Source: Octopus vulgaris (lineage: Eukaryota). Taken from it: DNA of 64,000 bases. Made by a program: the position numbers and the translations under genes. Location: the NCBI GenBank assembly GCA_951406725.2, contig OX597837.1, positions 38,316,001 through 38,380,000 on the forward strand. Reading direction: 5' to 3'. A model generated the notes under the pieces. That model was not told where the DNA came from. It saw only the letters and a program-made list of their open reading frames with translations, and did not search any database. Of the stretch, positions 13,586 to 28,215 are shown piece by piece (the first letter of the stretch is position 1; each line of letters starts with the position of its first letter).

Positions 13586-13587
<2 letters not shown>
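13387..13587. repeat. About 200 bp imperfect foldback (palindromic MITE-like)
   Basis: Core arms 13441-13477 and 13497-13533 (37 bp, 4 mismatches), with pairing continuing outward. Confidence 0.8.
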
Positions 13588-13648
<61 letters not shown>

Positions 13649-13656
<8 letters not shown>

Positions 13657-13921
13657 AATATGTTACATTACTCGGTAGTCAAGATAAAACTCTGAGTTTC
13701 AGATGCCGAAGTGGAAATCCACAACACCATCTCTTTTCATAGCGTTTTCAAATAGCCAGATAACCGAAGAGATGGTGTTGTGGATTTCCACTTCGGCATC
13801 TGAAACTCAGAGTTTTATCTTGACTACTGAGTAATGTAACATATTATTGTATAGATAAATTTCCTCTATTTACATAATATTGAGGTCTCTTTCTTTCTTT
13901 TGTTATCTTACCGTTTTATCA

Positions 13922-13922
<1 letters not shown>
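13649..13922. mobile_element. PLE-like element with 87-bp inverted arms, between (TA)n tracts
   Basis: 13649-13735 versus 13767-13853 with 1 mismatch; related to the 2692 and 35611 elements. Confidence 0.8.
13759..13819 (+). ncRNA. Type I HHR motif with CCGAAGA core
   Basis: GAUAA-CCGAAGA-GAUG..CAUC-U-GAAAC-UCAGA-GUU-UUAUC. Confidence 0.6.
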
Positions 13923-13953
<31 letters not shown>

Positions 13954-14258
13954 GCACACACATATATCTGTATATAAGTATGTCTGTATATACATGTATA
14001 TTTATGTATATATATAGACATATATATATATGATATATATATGTGTATATGCATAAATACATATGCAGTTATATTTACATTCGTAAATGTACATGCATGC
14101 AAGCATGCATAGATAACTGCAAATATACAATATACACACCCACGTATAAGAACGCATACCAGTTTGCCAATCTATCTATCGATATATCCATTCAACTATC
14201 TAAGTCTACATTACTTTAGCCATTTACCTACATACATATCTATATCTGTATGTGTGTG

Positions 14259-14320
<62 letters not shown>

Positions 14321-14413
14321 TATTTATATACATATGTATACATGCATACATATATATTCACACATATATGCATATACATCTATATCCATATATATATATA
14401 TATATCCATATAT

Positions 14414-14448
<35 letters not shown>

Positions 14449-14664
14449 GCAAGCACACACATATATACATGTGTATGTTATATATTACACACATATATAT
14501 ATACATACATAATCATATATACCAACATACATGCACACACACATATATATACACGTATATATATATATATATCTTTGTGTATATATATATATATGTGTAT
14601 ACAATGATATATATATATATATATATGTGTGTGTAAACATTCATAAATATGTGTCTTTTAATGT

Positions 14665-14709
<45 letters not shown>

Positions 14710-14994
14710 TGTATCATCTTTCGCGTTGTTGTTCACTGTTCCATTGTATCTTGTCATTGAAGAACTCAACGCAGCAATCGTGCGAATGTTCTTCAATTGG
14801 TCTGCGAGTAATATAAGGAACAACATCAAAGCAAAAACGTCTTCTGCAGAAGCAAACACAAAGATGTAATGTAATTGAAAAATTGCACAACCCACCATCA
14901 ATTCACTCATATTTGCTAATATTGTGCCATCTATGTTAATGTAGACGTGTATATTTAGCTCTGACGCGCTGTGTTATTAACTATCTATCCAAGC

Positions 14995-15080
<86 letters not shown>

Positions 15081-15103
15081 TTATCTGTCTATCTATCTTT
15101 CTT

Positions 15104-15134
<31 letters not shown>

Positions 15135-15135
15135 C

Positions 15136-15172
<37 letters not shown>

Positions 15173-15823
15173 TTGTATGTCTCTCTCTCTCTCTCTCTCT
15201 CTCTTTCTGCATCTATCTCTCCCTATCTATAAGTCTGTCTATGTATCTTCATATTTATCAAGCTTTCAGTTTATCTATTGATTTATTTATCACCATACCT
15301 AAATGCTTACCTACCTACCCACCCACTTACCTACCTACCTCCCTCCCTACCTACCTACCTACCTACCTACCTACCTACCTACCTACCTACCTACCTACCT
15401 ACCTACCTACCTACCTACCTACCTACCTACCTACCTACCTACCTACCTACCTACATACATACATACATGCCAAACTATCTACTTACCTACCTACCAATCA
15501 ACCTACCTACCTACCTACCTATCTAGCCATCCATCCATCTATCTATCTCTTTATCTATCGTCTTATATATCTATTTCGCTCTGTATGTGTTTCTCTTTCT
15601 CTATATATATACAAACCATACTCACACACATATATGCAAATATGCATATATACATACATATATATATATATACATACATATATATTTATAAATATGATAT
15701 GCCATACATATTGTATATATGCGCATATATATGCTCACGCATATTTTCCATCAAATGAATTTTTTTACAAATATAGGCCTTAGATGTCTTTTATGTATGT
15801 AAATATACATGTGTATATGATGT

Positions 15824-15855
<32 letters not shown>

Positions 15856-15865
15856 CTATCTATCC

Positions 15866-15908
<43 letters not shown>

Positions 15909-15950
15909 CATCTATATATATGTCTATATATCTATCTATCTATCTATCCA

Positions 15951-16005
<55 letters not shown>

Positions 16006-16231
16006 ATCTATGTATTTTACATTTATATATATTTTTATACGTATATATCAATACACATACACGAACACTTATACGTTAAGTATATATATATGTGTATGTC
16101 AGTGTGTGTGGGTGCATACATCTCATCATACGCACGCTCACAAGTGTACGTGCATATGTACTGAATCCCATACACAATCGGGCATACATACATACATACA
16201 TATATATATGTATAAATAGATACACACGCAC

Positions 16232-16291
<60 letters not shown>

Positions 16292-16606
16292 ATAGATATG
16301 TGTGTTTGTATATATATATATATATATATATACATACATACACACACACATATTTCTATATTTGCATATGTAACCGAACATCTAAGAAGCACTTTGCACA
16401 AACGGAGTTAACAAAACATACAAAGCCTCAGTTTCAACGAAGAACGCTGTCTTTTATTATTGACGCCATAGAACAACCACAAAACCACGCACACATACAA
16501 GTGTATATAGATATGCTGTTATATAGTTTAACAGAGGAGTGTGTGTGTATATTTGTGTGTGCACCCGTATATATGCGTGCATGAATGTGCATATTTATAT
16601 ATATAT

Positions 16607-16654
<48 letters not shown>

Positions 16655-16685
16655 TAGAATACACACGAATACACTAGAATATACT

Positions 16686-16747
<62 letters not shown>

Positions 16748-16773
16748 ATATATATATGAGAAAGTGATATAGG

Positions 16774-16847
16774 GGCCTGATGATTGGGGTTCTATTTTAA
16801 GAATGGTTCCAGCAAAACACGGAGTGGTTTAGGAAACACGTGTAGCC
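16774..16847 (+). ncRNA. Type I hammerhead ribozyme, canonical core
   Basis: GGC-CUGAUGA-UUGGG..UUUAG-GAAAC-ACGU-GUA-GCC; palindromic stem III ACACGUGU; starts just after (TA)n. Confidence 0.7.
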
Positions 16848-16884
16848 AAGTTATAAAGTAGTAGGTATTTAAAATAAAAATAAG

Positions 16885-17220
16885 GTAAATAAGAGAGGTC
16901 AGTGGTTAGAGCGTCGAGCTTACGATCGTGAGGTTGTGAGCTCGAATCCCGGACCGGGCTGCGTGTTGTGTTCTTGAGCAAGGCACTTTATTTCACGTTG
17001 CTCCAGTTCACTCAGCTGTAGAAATGAGTTGCGACGTCACAGGTGCCAAGCTGTTTCGGCCCCTTTGCCTTTCCCTTGGATAACATTGGTGGCATGTAGA
17101 GGGGAGGCTGGAATGCATGGGTGACTGCTGGTCTTCAATAAAACAACCTTGCCCGGACTTGTGTCTAGGGTAACTTTCTAGGTGCAATCCCATGGTCTGT
17201 GTCGTGACCGAAGGGGGTCT
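16885..17220 (+). mobile_element. tRNA-derived SINE, family D
   Basis: cagtggttagagcg..gctcgaatccc head; near-identical to 38254-38601. Confidence 0.85.
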
Positions 17221-17221
17221 C

Positions 17222-17254
<33 letters not shown>

Positions 17255-19685
17255 TTTAGTAGAGTTAGAGGCTGGAATGACCGCCCAAGGGATAAAAATA
17301 TCCGTTATATATATATGGGGGTGGCTCATATGGGGGTAGCTCATATGGCTCCCGTTTTTCAAAACTGATGACAAGAGGAAACATTGGCAGCCAAGAACAT
17401 GTGATAAGGACGGAAAAATTGCAACAGAATGAACTACGCTAAAAGCAATATGGTGACTTTGGTGATGGAAAATGATGGTGGCGTTGGTGGCGAGCTAGTT
17501 GATGGTGATGGTTGTGGTGGTGATGGTGATGATGGTGGTTATGGTAGTAATTATGGTCATGTTGTGGTGATGGTGGTGGTGATGGTGTTGATGCTGGTGG
17601 CGGTGGTTATGGCAGTGAGCGGTTATGCTGTTGATGTTCTTGTTGTTATATTTGATGGTGGTATTGGCGGCGGAGGTGAAAATGTTGTTGACGTTGCTGT
17701 TGTTGTTGGCAGTGGTGGATGGGACGTTACTGGTTTTGTTATTGTTCTCGGTGGATGTGACTATAGTGGTGGTGATGGTGGTGGTGGTGGAGGTGATTGT
17801 GGTGGTGGTGTTGATAGTGGTGTTGATGGTGGTGGTGGTGGTAGTGGTGTTGATAGTGGTCGTGGTGTTTGATGGTGGTGTTGATGCTGGCGTTGATGAT
17901 GGTGGTGGTGGTGTTCATAGTGATGATAGTGTTGATGGTGGTGGTGTTGATGGTGGTGTTGATGATGGTGGTGGTGGTGGTGTTGATGATGGTGGTGGTG
18001 GTGGTGGTGTTGATGATGGTGGTGGTGGTGGTGTTCATGGTGGTGGTGGTGTTGATGGTTGTTGATGGTGGTGGTGGTGGTGTTGTTGTTGGTGGTGGTG
18101 ATGTTGATGGTGATGGTGGTGGTGATTGTGATGATGGTGGTGACGGTGATTTTAGCAGGGGGGCTATTGATGTAGATGTTGTGGTTTCGGGTGTTAGTGA
18201 AGGGGACGACTGGGGTGTTGATGTTCTCGCTATTGTTATTGGCCATGGTCCCGATGGTGGCGGCGGCGTCGATGGTGGTGGCGGCGGCGGCGATGGTGGC
18301 GGCGGCGTCGATGGTGCTGGCGGCGGCGTCGATGGTGCTGGCGGCGGCGTCGATAGTGGTGGCGGCGGCGGCGATGGTAGAACGTAGATGGTGGTGGCGG
18401 CGATGGTAGAACGTAGATGGTGGTGGCGGCGATGGCGGTGGTGTGGTGGCTGCTCATGTTTCTGTTGAAGTTTCAAATGATGTTTCTTCGCGTGTGAAAC
18501 CTGAGGCAGTTAAGCACAATAAGACACCACAGAAAGTCACTGCATCTGTACGTGAGCGCAGAGTGTGTGCGCGCGCACATACACACATATGTGCGCGCGC
18601 ACATGTGCATATATATGCGCGTGGTAAAAGAGGTCAAATGTTTTGTAAATATAAAAGGAGGGCACGCGCGTGTTTGTGTGTGTGTGTGTGTGTATGTATG
18701 GTGTGCATGCGTGTGCTGTGTGTAGAATGTAAGCATGCCTCGTGTATGGCGTGTACACGGATGAGTGTATATATAGAGAGAGCATTTGCTGTGTGGAGAA
18801 TAGTGAAATTCTTAATATTTCTGTTTTTGTGACACACTGGAAATAAATAAATAAATAAATAAATAAAAAAAAAATTTAAAAAACAACAAAAATTTTACTG
18901 ATGCGTTTTGCAGAGGAAGCTTTTTTTTAAAAAAATGCTTAAAAGTAAAAAATTTGGGGAAAAAAAAAAGGGAAAAAAAAATGTCTTACCTTATTTTATT
19001 AATCATATTTTGTGTTTTAAAAAATTATGCATAACACATATTTTCAAGATTCCTAAGCATTTAGTAAGGATTTCCTTAAGCATAAAATATACAAGTTTTG
19101 AAAAAGTTATGTTTAAATATAATTTAAATAATATTTTGAAAAATCGTCTTGGATTTTCAAAAAAATCCACCAAAGATATAATTATATGAATAAATAATAT
19201 ATAATTTAATAATATATAATTATATATTATATTATTAAATATAATTCGCTAACTGTTTTTCTTTTCCTTTCTGTAAGTGGTTGAATTACCCGAAATATTA
19301 GGGATTAATAAATTATAAATTCGCTTTTTGGATTGAAAGAAGTTTTTCACGTTATTTCTTTGTTGTTTTCTGTGATCATACTGCTTCCAGCGTGCTACGG
19401 CTGTCTTCTTTTATAAAATATATCTGTTTTAGAAAATTTATTTATATTGTATAAGTTAAACAGGCATGACTCCGTGGTAAGAGGTTTGAACTTCTAACCT
19501 CATGCTTTCGTGTCACCTTGAGCAAGTGTATTCTAATATGGCCCCGGGCTGATGAAACCCATGTAAGTAGAAATTGTAGACGACAACTAAAAGAAACCCG
19601 CCGTACATATATATTTATATGATGTCGATTCCTCTTATGAGAACCCAATAAGGTTTGAAAATCGATTAAAGCTGTTCACCATTGT

Positions 19686-19843
19686 GGAGGCACATGGCCT
19701 AGTGGTTAGAGCAGCAGACTTGCGGTCGAGGGATCGCGGGTTCCGATCTCAGACCGGGTGATGTGTGTGTTTATGAGCGAAACACCTATACTCCACGTGG
19801 CTCCGGCAGGAGGTAATGGCGAACTTCTGCTGACTCTTTTCTT
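19686..19843 (+). mobile_element. SINE family C-like 5' part
   Basis: ggaggcacatggcctagtggttagagcagc..ggttccgatctc. Confidence 0.7.
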
Positions 19844-19844
19844 G

Positions 19845-20244
19845 GGCGCAGGAGTGGCTGTGTGGTAAGTAGCTTGCTTACGAACCACATGGTTCCGGGT
19901 TCAGTCCCACTGCGTGGCACCTTGGGTAAGTGTCTTCTACTATAGCCTCGGGTCGACCAAAGAATTGTGAGTGGATTTGGTAGACAGAAACTGAAAGAAG
20001 CCCGTCGTATATATGTATATGTATATATATGTGTATGTATTTGTGTGTCTGTGTTTGTCCTCCCCAACATCGTTTGACAACCGATGCTGGCGTGTTTATG
20101 TCCCCTTAACTTAGCGGTTTGACAAAACAGACCGATAGAATAAGTACTAGGCTTACAAAGAATAACTCCTGGGATTGATTTCCTCGACTAAAGGCGGTGC
20201 TCCAGCATGGACGCAATCAAATGTCTGAAACAAATAAAAAAAGA
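19845..20244 (+). mobile_element. Full-length SINE family A
   Basis: ggcgcaggagtggctgtgtggtaag through ctgaaacaaataaaa. Confidence 0.9.
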
Positions 20245-20328
20245 GATATACCAGAGTGAGCACATGAATGCGAAATGTGAAACAAGGTGGAAAAAATAGT
20301 ACTCGAAAACCGGAGGTAGAGCAATATG

Positions 20329-20398
20329 CGTTCGCTGGACAGGTTTGTTAAGACAAACCTGTCCGCTGAACGGGAACTTGAAACTCTGAGTAACAGTT
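20329..20398 (+). ncRNA. 3' half of an HHR-like motif (5' core missing)
   Basis: 12-bp hairpin ggacaggtttgt/acaaacctgtcc, then GAAAC-UCUGA-GUA-ACAGUU; no upstream CUGANGA. Confidence 0.35.
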
Positions 20399-20675
20399 TT
20401 TGTGATATTTTTGCTGCTTTTTTTTAAAATAGTGTCCGTATACTGTATACAAGGGAATGTACTGCTCCATTTCTAGCCGTAGAAAATTTCTGGGTAATTT
20501 CCCTTCGTCGGTAAAGGACAACCGCCGACTAAAGATAGCAGCCACCCGCACTTGCTCACAGTATATACTTTTAAAGCGACACACAGTCGCTGGTCTCTTA
20601 AGAAGAAAAACAACTAGTTTTAAATCTCTGAACGGGAAATATGTATAACAGTATTGTACAATAAAATCTATTTGT

Positions 20676-20763
<88 letters not shown>

Positions 20764-20971
20764 CATACATACGTATGCAGACATACATACGTACATACAT
20801 ACGTGTATACATACATGTATACAAGCATAATACATATATACATGCATTCATACATATATACATACTTATATATGCATACATTCATACATTCATATGTCCA
20901 TGCGTATATTCATACATGCATGCATACATACATACATATATAAACACACATGCATACACACACATACATAC

Positions 20972-21002
<31 letters not shown>

Positions 21003-21060
21003 CATACATACATACATACATACATACATACATACATACATACATACATACATACATAAG

Positions 21061-21091
<31 letters not shown>

Positions 21092-22470
21092 GCATACTTG
21101 CATGTATGTATATAATTTAATACAAACTGAGTTTTAAAGAGAGCTACCAGTAGTTTCATGCTTTAGAAATACAGTAATTTGGCGGATTGATGTAAAATGT
21201 CATGCGTTAGTAAGCAATCTTTTACAGAATAGAACAGATGCAGATGTAAATTTGAAGACATTCCAAACATGGCCATCCATTTTGACTCTCTGTTTGGAAG
21301 CATTTTGTCAAAATGTCGCTTTCTCCTTTGGAGACATATTGTGTGAGTTGTAGCTGCTATTTCGAGCGTGTACAGTTACTACATACAGCATTCCACAATG
21401 GTAATGAGCTCTAATAAGTTAGAAGGGCTTCTGACAGGCTCTACTGTTCGTAGGCTGATGATGAAGATGATAACGATGATGAGGATGATGATGATGATGA
21501 TCATGGTTATGGCAATGATAACGACCACGACGATGATGACGACAACGTTATGACGATGATGATGATTATGATGATGATGATGATGATGACGATGATGACG
21601 ATGACGATGATGACGACGAAGGTGACAATAACGATGATGACAATTATGATGAAGATGATGGTTATGATGATGATGATGATGAAGATGATGAGAGTGATGA
21701 CAATTGTAATGATAACGATGACATTGAGACGAAGATGATGATGATGATGTTAATGATGATGAGGATGCCGAAGGTGATGATGACGAAGTCGATGACGTTG
21801 ACAAAGGTGATGATGATGATGATGATGATGATGAGGATGATGATGATGATGATGGCAAAACGGTTGATGAAAATGGCAACGAGGAGGAGGCGGACGTGAT
21901 GGATGACAATAAGGTTGACTTCGAAAGCCTTTCATCGTCCCCATCCCTCCCACACTCCTCCAAAGCAGCCCCTCATCACACCCACGCCTACCTCTAACCC
22001 CAACCCCACCCAACCCCCACGCTACCTCCATCCACCTAACCCGCCACCTCCACTATATTTCCTACAATTCACCCTTAACCCACCCCGACTGCTACGCCAC
22101 CTATATCTATGTATTAACCCTCCCCACACCATGTGTCAACCCCCCCCATAAACCCGTCCCTTTTCCTTTCTCTCCTTTTCTCGAGAAATCTCTGTCAGCC
22201 CCACCCTCCAACCCCCAAATGCTGCTATTAAATTGATATCACGAATCGAAGCTGTCAACAACAATGGTTTTTGCCCCGTGGTGGGACAAAATGTAAGTAA
22301 GGGTGAGAGAGAAAGGTTTCAAGAACGACAAGATTCAACTCGTCGATTCAATCCATTCCAGCAGAATCGGATATATATATATATATATGTGTGTATATAT
22401 ACATACATACATATATACATATATACATATATACATACATACATATATATATATATATATGTATAGATAT

Positions 22471-22530
<60 letters not shown>

Positions 22531-22535
22531 ATATC

Positions 22536-22568
<33 letters not shown>

Positions 22569-22598
22569 GTATATATATATATATATATACACATATAT

Positions 22599-22681
<83 letters not shown>

Positions 22682-22763
22682 GATACATATATATATGTAT
22701 AAATATATATATATATTCCATCTTATATTCCATCTATTATTTTACATACACACACACACTCTC

Positions 22764-22824
<61 letters not shown>

Positions 22825-23098
22825 ACACATAGACACCAACAAATATACATACATACGTGCATATAAGACGGAAGAAGAAAAAAAATATATTGATCAGACG
22901 AGAAGGGGTAAAAAAAATTATGTCGAAAGCTGTGAAAATAATGGACGCCGTGAGGTATGTGATATGCAATATAATGGTAAGTGATTGGTTGTGTCTCTCC
23001 CTCTCCTCGCGCGCGCGTGTGTGTGTGTGAATATTTGCGTGTATGCTTGTATGCATAGATAGATGCATTCATATAAATATGTATGTATATACATATAC

Positions 23099-23309
<211 letters not shown>

Positions 23310-23380
23310 ATATATATATACATATATATATGAACGTATGTACATATATATACATAACATATATATTTACACAGACACAC

Positions 23381-23411
<31 letters not shown>

Positions 23412-23481
23412 CATGCATACATATATATATGAACGTATGTACATATATATACATAACATATATATTTACACAGACACACAC

Positions 23482-23512
<31 letters not shown>

Positions 23513-24325
23513 CATGTGTGTCTATGTATAGGTAAGATGGTGTTAAGGGTGTGTCAGGGTATATTTGTGTTTGAAAAGGGGTGGATGATGCATAGATAAA
23601 AGGCGTGTGACGGGGGTGGAAACAAAAGGGGTGGGGACAATTTCATCGTGGGTAGTGCAGTGCTGTGAAAGATACAACAGAATACTGTGTGTGTGTGTGT
23701 GTGTGCGTGTGTGCGTGTGTGTATTTGCTTTCTCTATGTGTTTGTCTATGTGTGCGTTAAAATTCATGTATGTACGTCCGATCGTATGTATGTATGTATG
23801 TATGTATTTGTGTATGTATGTATGTATGTATGTATGTATGTATGTATGTATGTATGTATGTATTTGTGTATGTATGTATGTATGTATGTATGTATGTATG
23901 GATGGATGCATAAGTGCGGATGGTAGAAATAACATAATTGTTGTTATTGTTGTTGTCGTTGTTTAAGAGATGTGTCGTGTAGGGTCCTGGTGTAGGGTCG
24001 ATATTGTGTAAGCGCAATAACAGGTTGAGGGCCATACCGGAGTGTAGGTCGATGGGTACTTCGGATACACAAATCACAAAATCCACCTCAAACCAAGTTT
24101 ATTGAATAACGGGTATATAGAGAAACAAACACACACACACAGACACACAGGCACACACACACACACATACTCACACGTGCGCCTGTACAGATGTACATGC
24201 GTGCGTGTTTGCGTACGCGTACACACATGTACAGTTATATGTGTGGATGAGTGTGTGTTTAACATTCGCATAGTAAAGGTTGATAGTGATTTCGAAGTAA
24301 ACAGGGTGTGTGTGGTGGGGTGTGT

Positions 24326-24494
24326 CAGTCGATTACATCGACCCCAGTATTCCACTGGTACTTACTATATCAAACCTTGAAATGATGAAAGGCAAAATCA
24401 ACCTCGGGCGGAGTTTGAACACCGAACGTAAGACAGACGAGATGCCGCTAAGCATTTTGCCCGGCGTGCTAACGATTCTGCCAGCTCACCGCCT
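24326..24494 (-). mobile_element. SINE family B
   Basis: Reverse complement of the family B consensus. Confidence 0.8.
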
Positions 24495-24809
24495 TTGCGT
24501 GATACGACATATTGTTGTGCGCCATGTTGTATTCAAAAATGTCATAGTGTGATGCGGTTTGTTACAATGTATCACGGTGTGTCACAGTGTGCCATGTTGT
24601 ACCGAGTTGTGTCATATGTCTTGTGTAGTATAATGCTTTGATGTAATATTTTGTGGTGTATTCTCGTGTATCATAATGTGCCGTGGTGCTATGTTACATT
24701 GAGGGTGTATAATGTTGTGTTGTGGACTATTAATGAGTGACACGGTATGTTGTGGTGTGCTATGATGTCCTGTAAAAATGTCCTGTATAATGTCCTAAAA
24801 AAAAAATGG

Positions 24810-25014
24810 AAGGCGGCGAGCTGACAGAAACGTTAGTACGTCTGTCTTTACGTCCTGAGTTCAAATTCCGCCGAGGTCGACTTTGCCTTTCATCCTTTCG
24901 GGGTCGATAAATTAAATACCAGTTACGCACTGGGGTCGATGTAATCGACTTAATACCTTTGTCTGTCCTTGTTTGTCCCCTCTATGTTTAGCCCCTTGTG
25001 GGCAATAAAGAAAT
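24810..25014 (+). mobile_element. SINE family B
   Basis: aaggcggcgagctg..aataaagaaata. Confidence 0.85.
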
Positions 25015-25030
25015 ATATAATGTCCTGTAA

Positions 25031-25188
25031 CAGTGGTTACCAACCTGTGGTCCGTGGACCCCTGGTGGTCCGCAAATGTAGTACTGGGTTCCCGTGAACA
25101 TGTTATGACCTTTCAATATCCTGGGGTCCGTGGGAAAACTCATTTAAATAAAAGGGGTCCTTGGAAGTGAAAAGGTTCGGAACCACTG
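25031..25188. mobile_element. hAT (Charlie-like) MITE
   Basis: TIRs cagtggttaccaacct / aggttcggaaccactg; degenerate 8-bp flanks tcctgtaa / tcctatgg. Confidence 0.75.
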
Positions 25189-25278
25189 TCCTATGGTACA
25201 GTTCTGTATTTGAGAGATGAGGAATTATGTACATTATTTACATTCGACGGATATTTGTCCTCATCTTGTTTGTTGTGA

Positions 25279-25317
25279 ACACAACGTTTCGACTGATATA
25301 CCCTGCAGCCTTCTTCA
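25279..25317 (-). ncRNA. 5'-truncated HHR motif in a PLE-like fragment
   Basis: UGAAGA-A-GGCUG(10 nt)CAGUC-GAAAC-GUU-GUGU; C3 and the 5' strand of stem I are absent. Confidence 0.5.
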
Positions 25318-25355
25318 CTGTCCTATAGTGTCATCGTGTATGAGTGTGTGTGAAA

Positions 25356-25812
<457 letters not shown>

Positions 25813-25822
25813 GTGAGACACA

Positions 25823-26025
25823 AAGGCGGCGAGCTGGCAGAGTCGTTAGCTTAACGGCATTTCATCCATCTTTACGTTCTGAGTTCAAATTCTTCCGGGG
25901 TCGACTTTACCTTTTGTCCTTTCGGAATCGATAAAATAAGTACCAGCTGAGCACTGGGGGTCGATGTAATCGATAAGTCCCCTCCCCCAAAATTCCAGGC
26001 CTTGTGCCTTTAGTAAAAAGGGTTA
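25823..26025 (+). mobile_element. SINE family B
   Basis: Matches the family consensus. Confidence 0.8.
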
Positions 26026-26074
26026 TCTGTAGGATTCAACGAACCACTCTCCCATCAATTAAGAAATTTTGTGA

Positions 26075-26270
26075 AAGAAACGGGGTTGCATCAATGACAC
26101 TCTAAGGAGACCTCCAAGAGGTAAGTAAGATGACCAAAGATGACCTGGGGGAGGATTCTTGGAAGCTGAAACGAAAACAATCGGTCTCTTTCGGTCTGAA
26201 AGCATGGTCTCTCAAGATCGCGTCCACTCGCTTGAAATGATCGCAGCCCTGTGCCCCTTACGGATTAAAA
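26075..26270 (+). mobile_element. RTE-clade LINE 3' end
   Basis: Translates to PKMTWGRILEAETKTIGL..QDR..AALCP, resembling an RTE C-terminus. Confidence 0.55.
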
Positions 26271-26459
26271 GAGAGAGAAAGAGAGAAAAAGAGAGAGAGA
26301 GAGAAATCTCATGGTATCACACAGTGTCACATGGTGCGTCACAAGGTGCGTCACATGGTGCGCCACATGGTGTCACATGATGTGCCACGGTCTTTTATGA
26401 TATGTTGTAGAGTATGAATGAACAGTTCCTTCGAGTGTGATATGGTGTCTCATAATATA

Positions 26460-26670
26460 CCTATTTCTTTACTACCCACAAGGGGCTAAACACAGAGGGG
26501 ACAAACAAGGACAGACATAGGCATTAAGTCGAGTAACTGGTACTTAATTTATCGACCCCGAAAGGATGAAAGGCAAAGTCGACCTCGGCGGAATTTGAAC
26601 TCACAACGTAACGGCAGACGAAATACCGCTAAGCATTTCGCCCGGCGTGCTAACGTTTCTGCCAGCTCGT
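26460..26670 (-). mobile_element. SINE family B
   Basis: Matches the family consensus. Confidence 0.85.
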
Positions 26671-26935
26671 CATGCATGATGGTGTGTCACGTGTATTGTG
26701 GAGTAACATGGTGTGCCATCGCTTATGGTGGTGGATTAGAGAACCATGCTGTCACACACTGTGTATCATCATGTAACATGGTCTGTTTTGGGGTGTATCA
26801 TGTTAGTATCGTAGCGTGTTCACATCTGTCTATGAGTTACAGTATATTGTAGAGTGCCACAAAATGTCACAAAACATTAAATCTTGACGTGTTTTGTGTG
26901 TATCTGAATCGGTGCCTGTACTTGTGTGTGTGTGT

Positions 26936-26972
<37 letters not shown>

Positions 26973-26981
26973 TGTGTGTGA

Positions 26982-27023
<42 letters not shown>

Positions 27024-27115
27024 TTGCTACCAACGTGGCGAAAAGACAAGCAATGCTTTATCAATACCAACACAGATATACAATAGACCTGCAATCGTAA
27101 TAGGCACGATGTCGT

Positions 27116-27162
<47 letters not shown>

Positions 27163-28028
27163 ATGTACGTGCGTGTGATTATATGTGTGTCTGTGTGTGC
27201 ATGGTATGAATGGTAGCTATGGTAGGCATTATTTGGTGGTGGTGGTAATGGTTGTTGTTTTTGTTGTTGTTGTTGTTGATGGTGGTGGTAGTATAGGCAA
27301 CGTTGGTAGTGGTGGTGGTGTTGGCGGAGGTGGAGGTGGTGATGGAAGAGGTAGTGATGGTGGAGGGGGTGCTGGTGGAGGCGATTGTATTCTCAAACCC
27401 CAACAAAAAGGAAAAAAAAAAAAACCCAGCGCAAACCAAACCCAACCATGCCCAAACCCCAGACCAAGGAACAGACCAAGGAACAGAACAGAACAGAACA
27501 GAACAGAATGGAAGAGAACAGAAGGGATCAGCCCTAATCTTCAAATACTTTTCAACACGTCAGAAATAAATAAGGATCTTTTGAAGGCGATGGTGGCGCT
27601 GGTGGCGCTGGAGGTAAACTTCGCGAAATGAAACAATGGAGAAGGTTAACGCAGCAGCGTGAAGAAACGAGCAAAACGTTGAAAGGGTTCAGGGGTTATG
27701 TGCGGGTGAATAGAATGTCTACGGAGGTCTATGGATGGATGATGGGCGGAGGCGAAGGAGGCGGCGGGGGGGGGGAGGGGGAAATAAGGGATCCATTGAA
27801 AGGAGAGTGAGGGGGGGAGGGGGCGGAGGGGCGGAGGGGAAAAAAGGGGCCGAATTTTCGCATTCCCTTAGAAAATTCGTTTGTAGTTGAAGACTGCACT
27901 CTCCTGCACTTCCTGAGTTTTCACCATTCCACGCTTCTCGTCTGATTACATACAATGGCTTTTGTGTTGCGAAAACAAACGCGCGAACGTTTCTCTGTGC
28001 TCGTATGTGACTGTATATGTGAGGTGTG

Positions 28029-28070
<42 letters not shown>

Positions 28071-28180
28071 AGTATATACGTATATATACATATCTATATA
28101 TATATACATATATATACATAAATACATTCATATATATATATATATACATATATATATATGTATATATATATATACATACT

Positions 28181-28215
<35 letters not shown>

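Noticed and set aside
16893-16960. tRNA-like A/B boxes at SINE heads
   Set aside because: No complete cloverleaf; they continue into repeated SINE bodies.
18835-19440. Very AT-rich block with many homopolymer runs
   Set aside because: No structure found; may be low-quality consensus or decayed sequence.
22285-22300. aaat/gtaagt donor-like site
   Set aside because: Isolated 6-mer with no supportable exon upstream.
23325-23495. About 99-bp tandem duplication within TA-rich sequence (similar cases at 49500-49760 and 18362-18435)
   Set aside because: Ordinary slippage or unequal exchange; no unique spacers, so not CRISPR-like.
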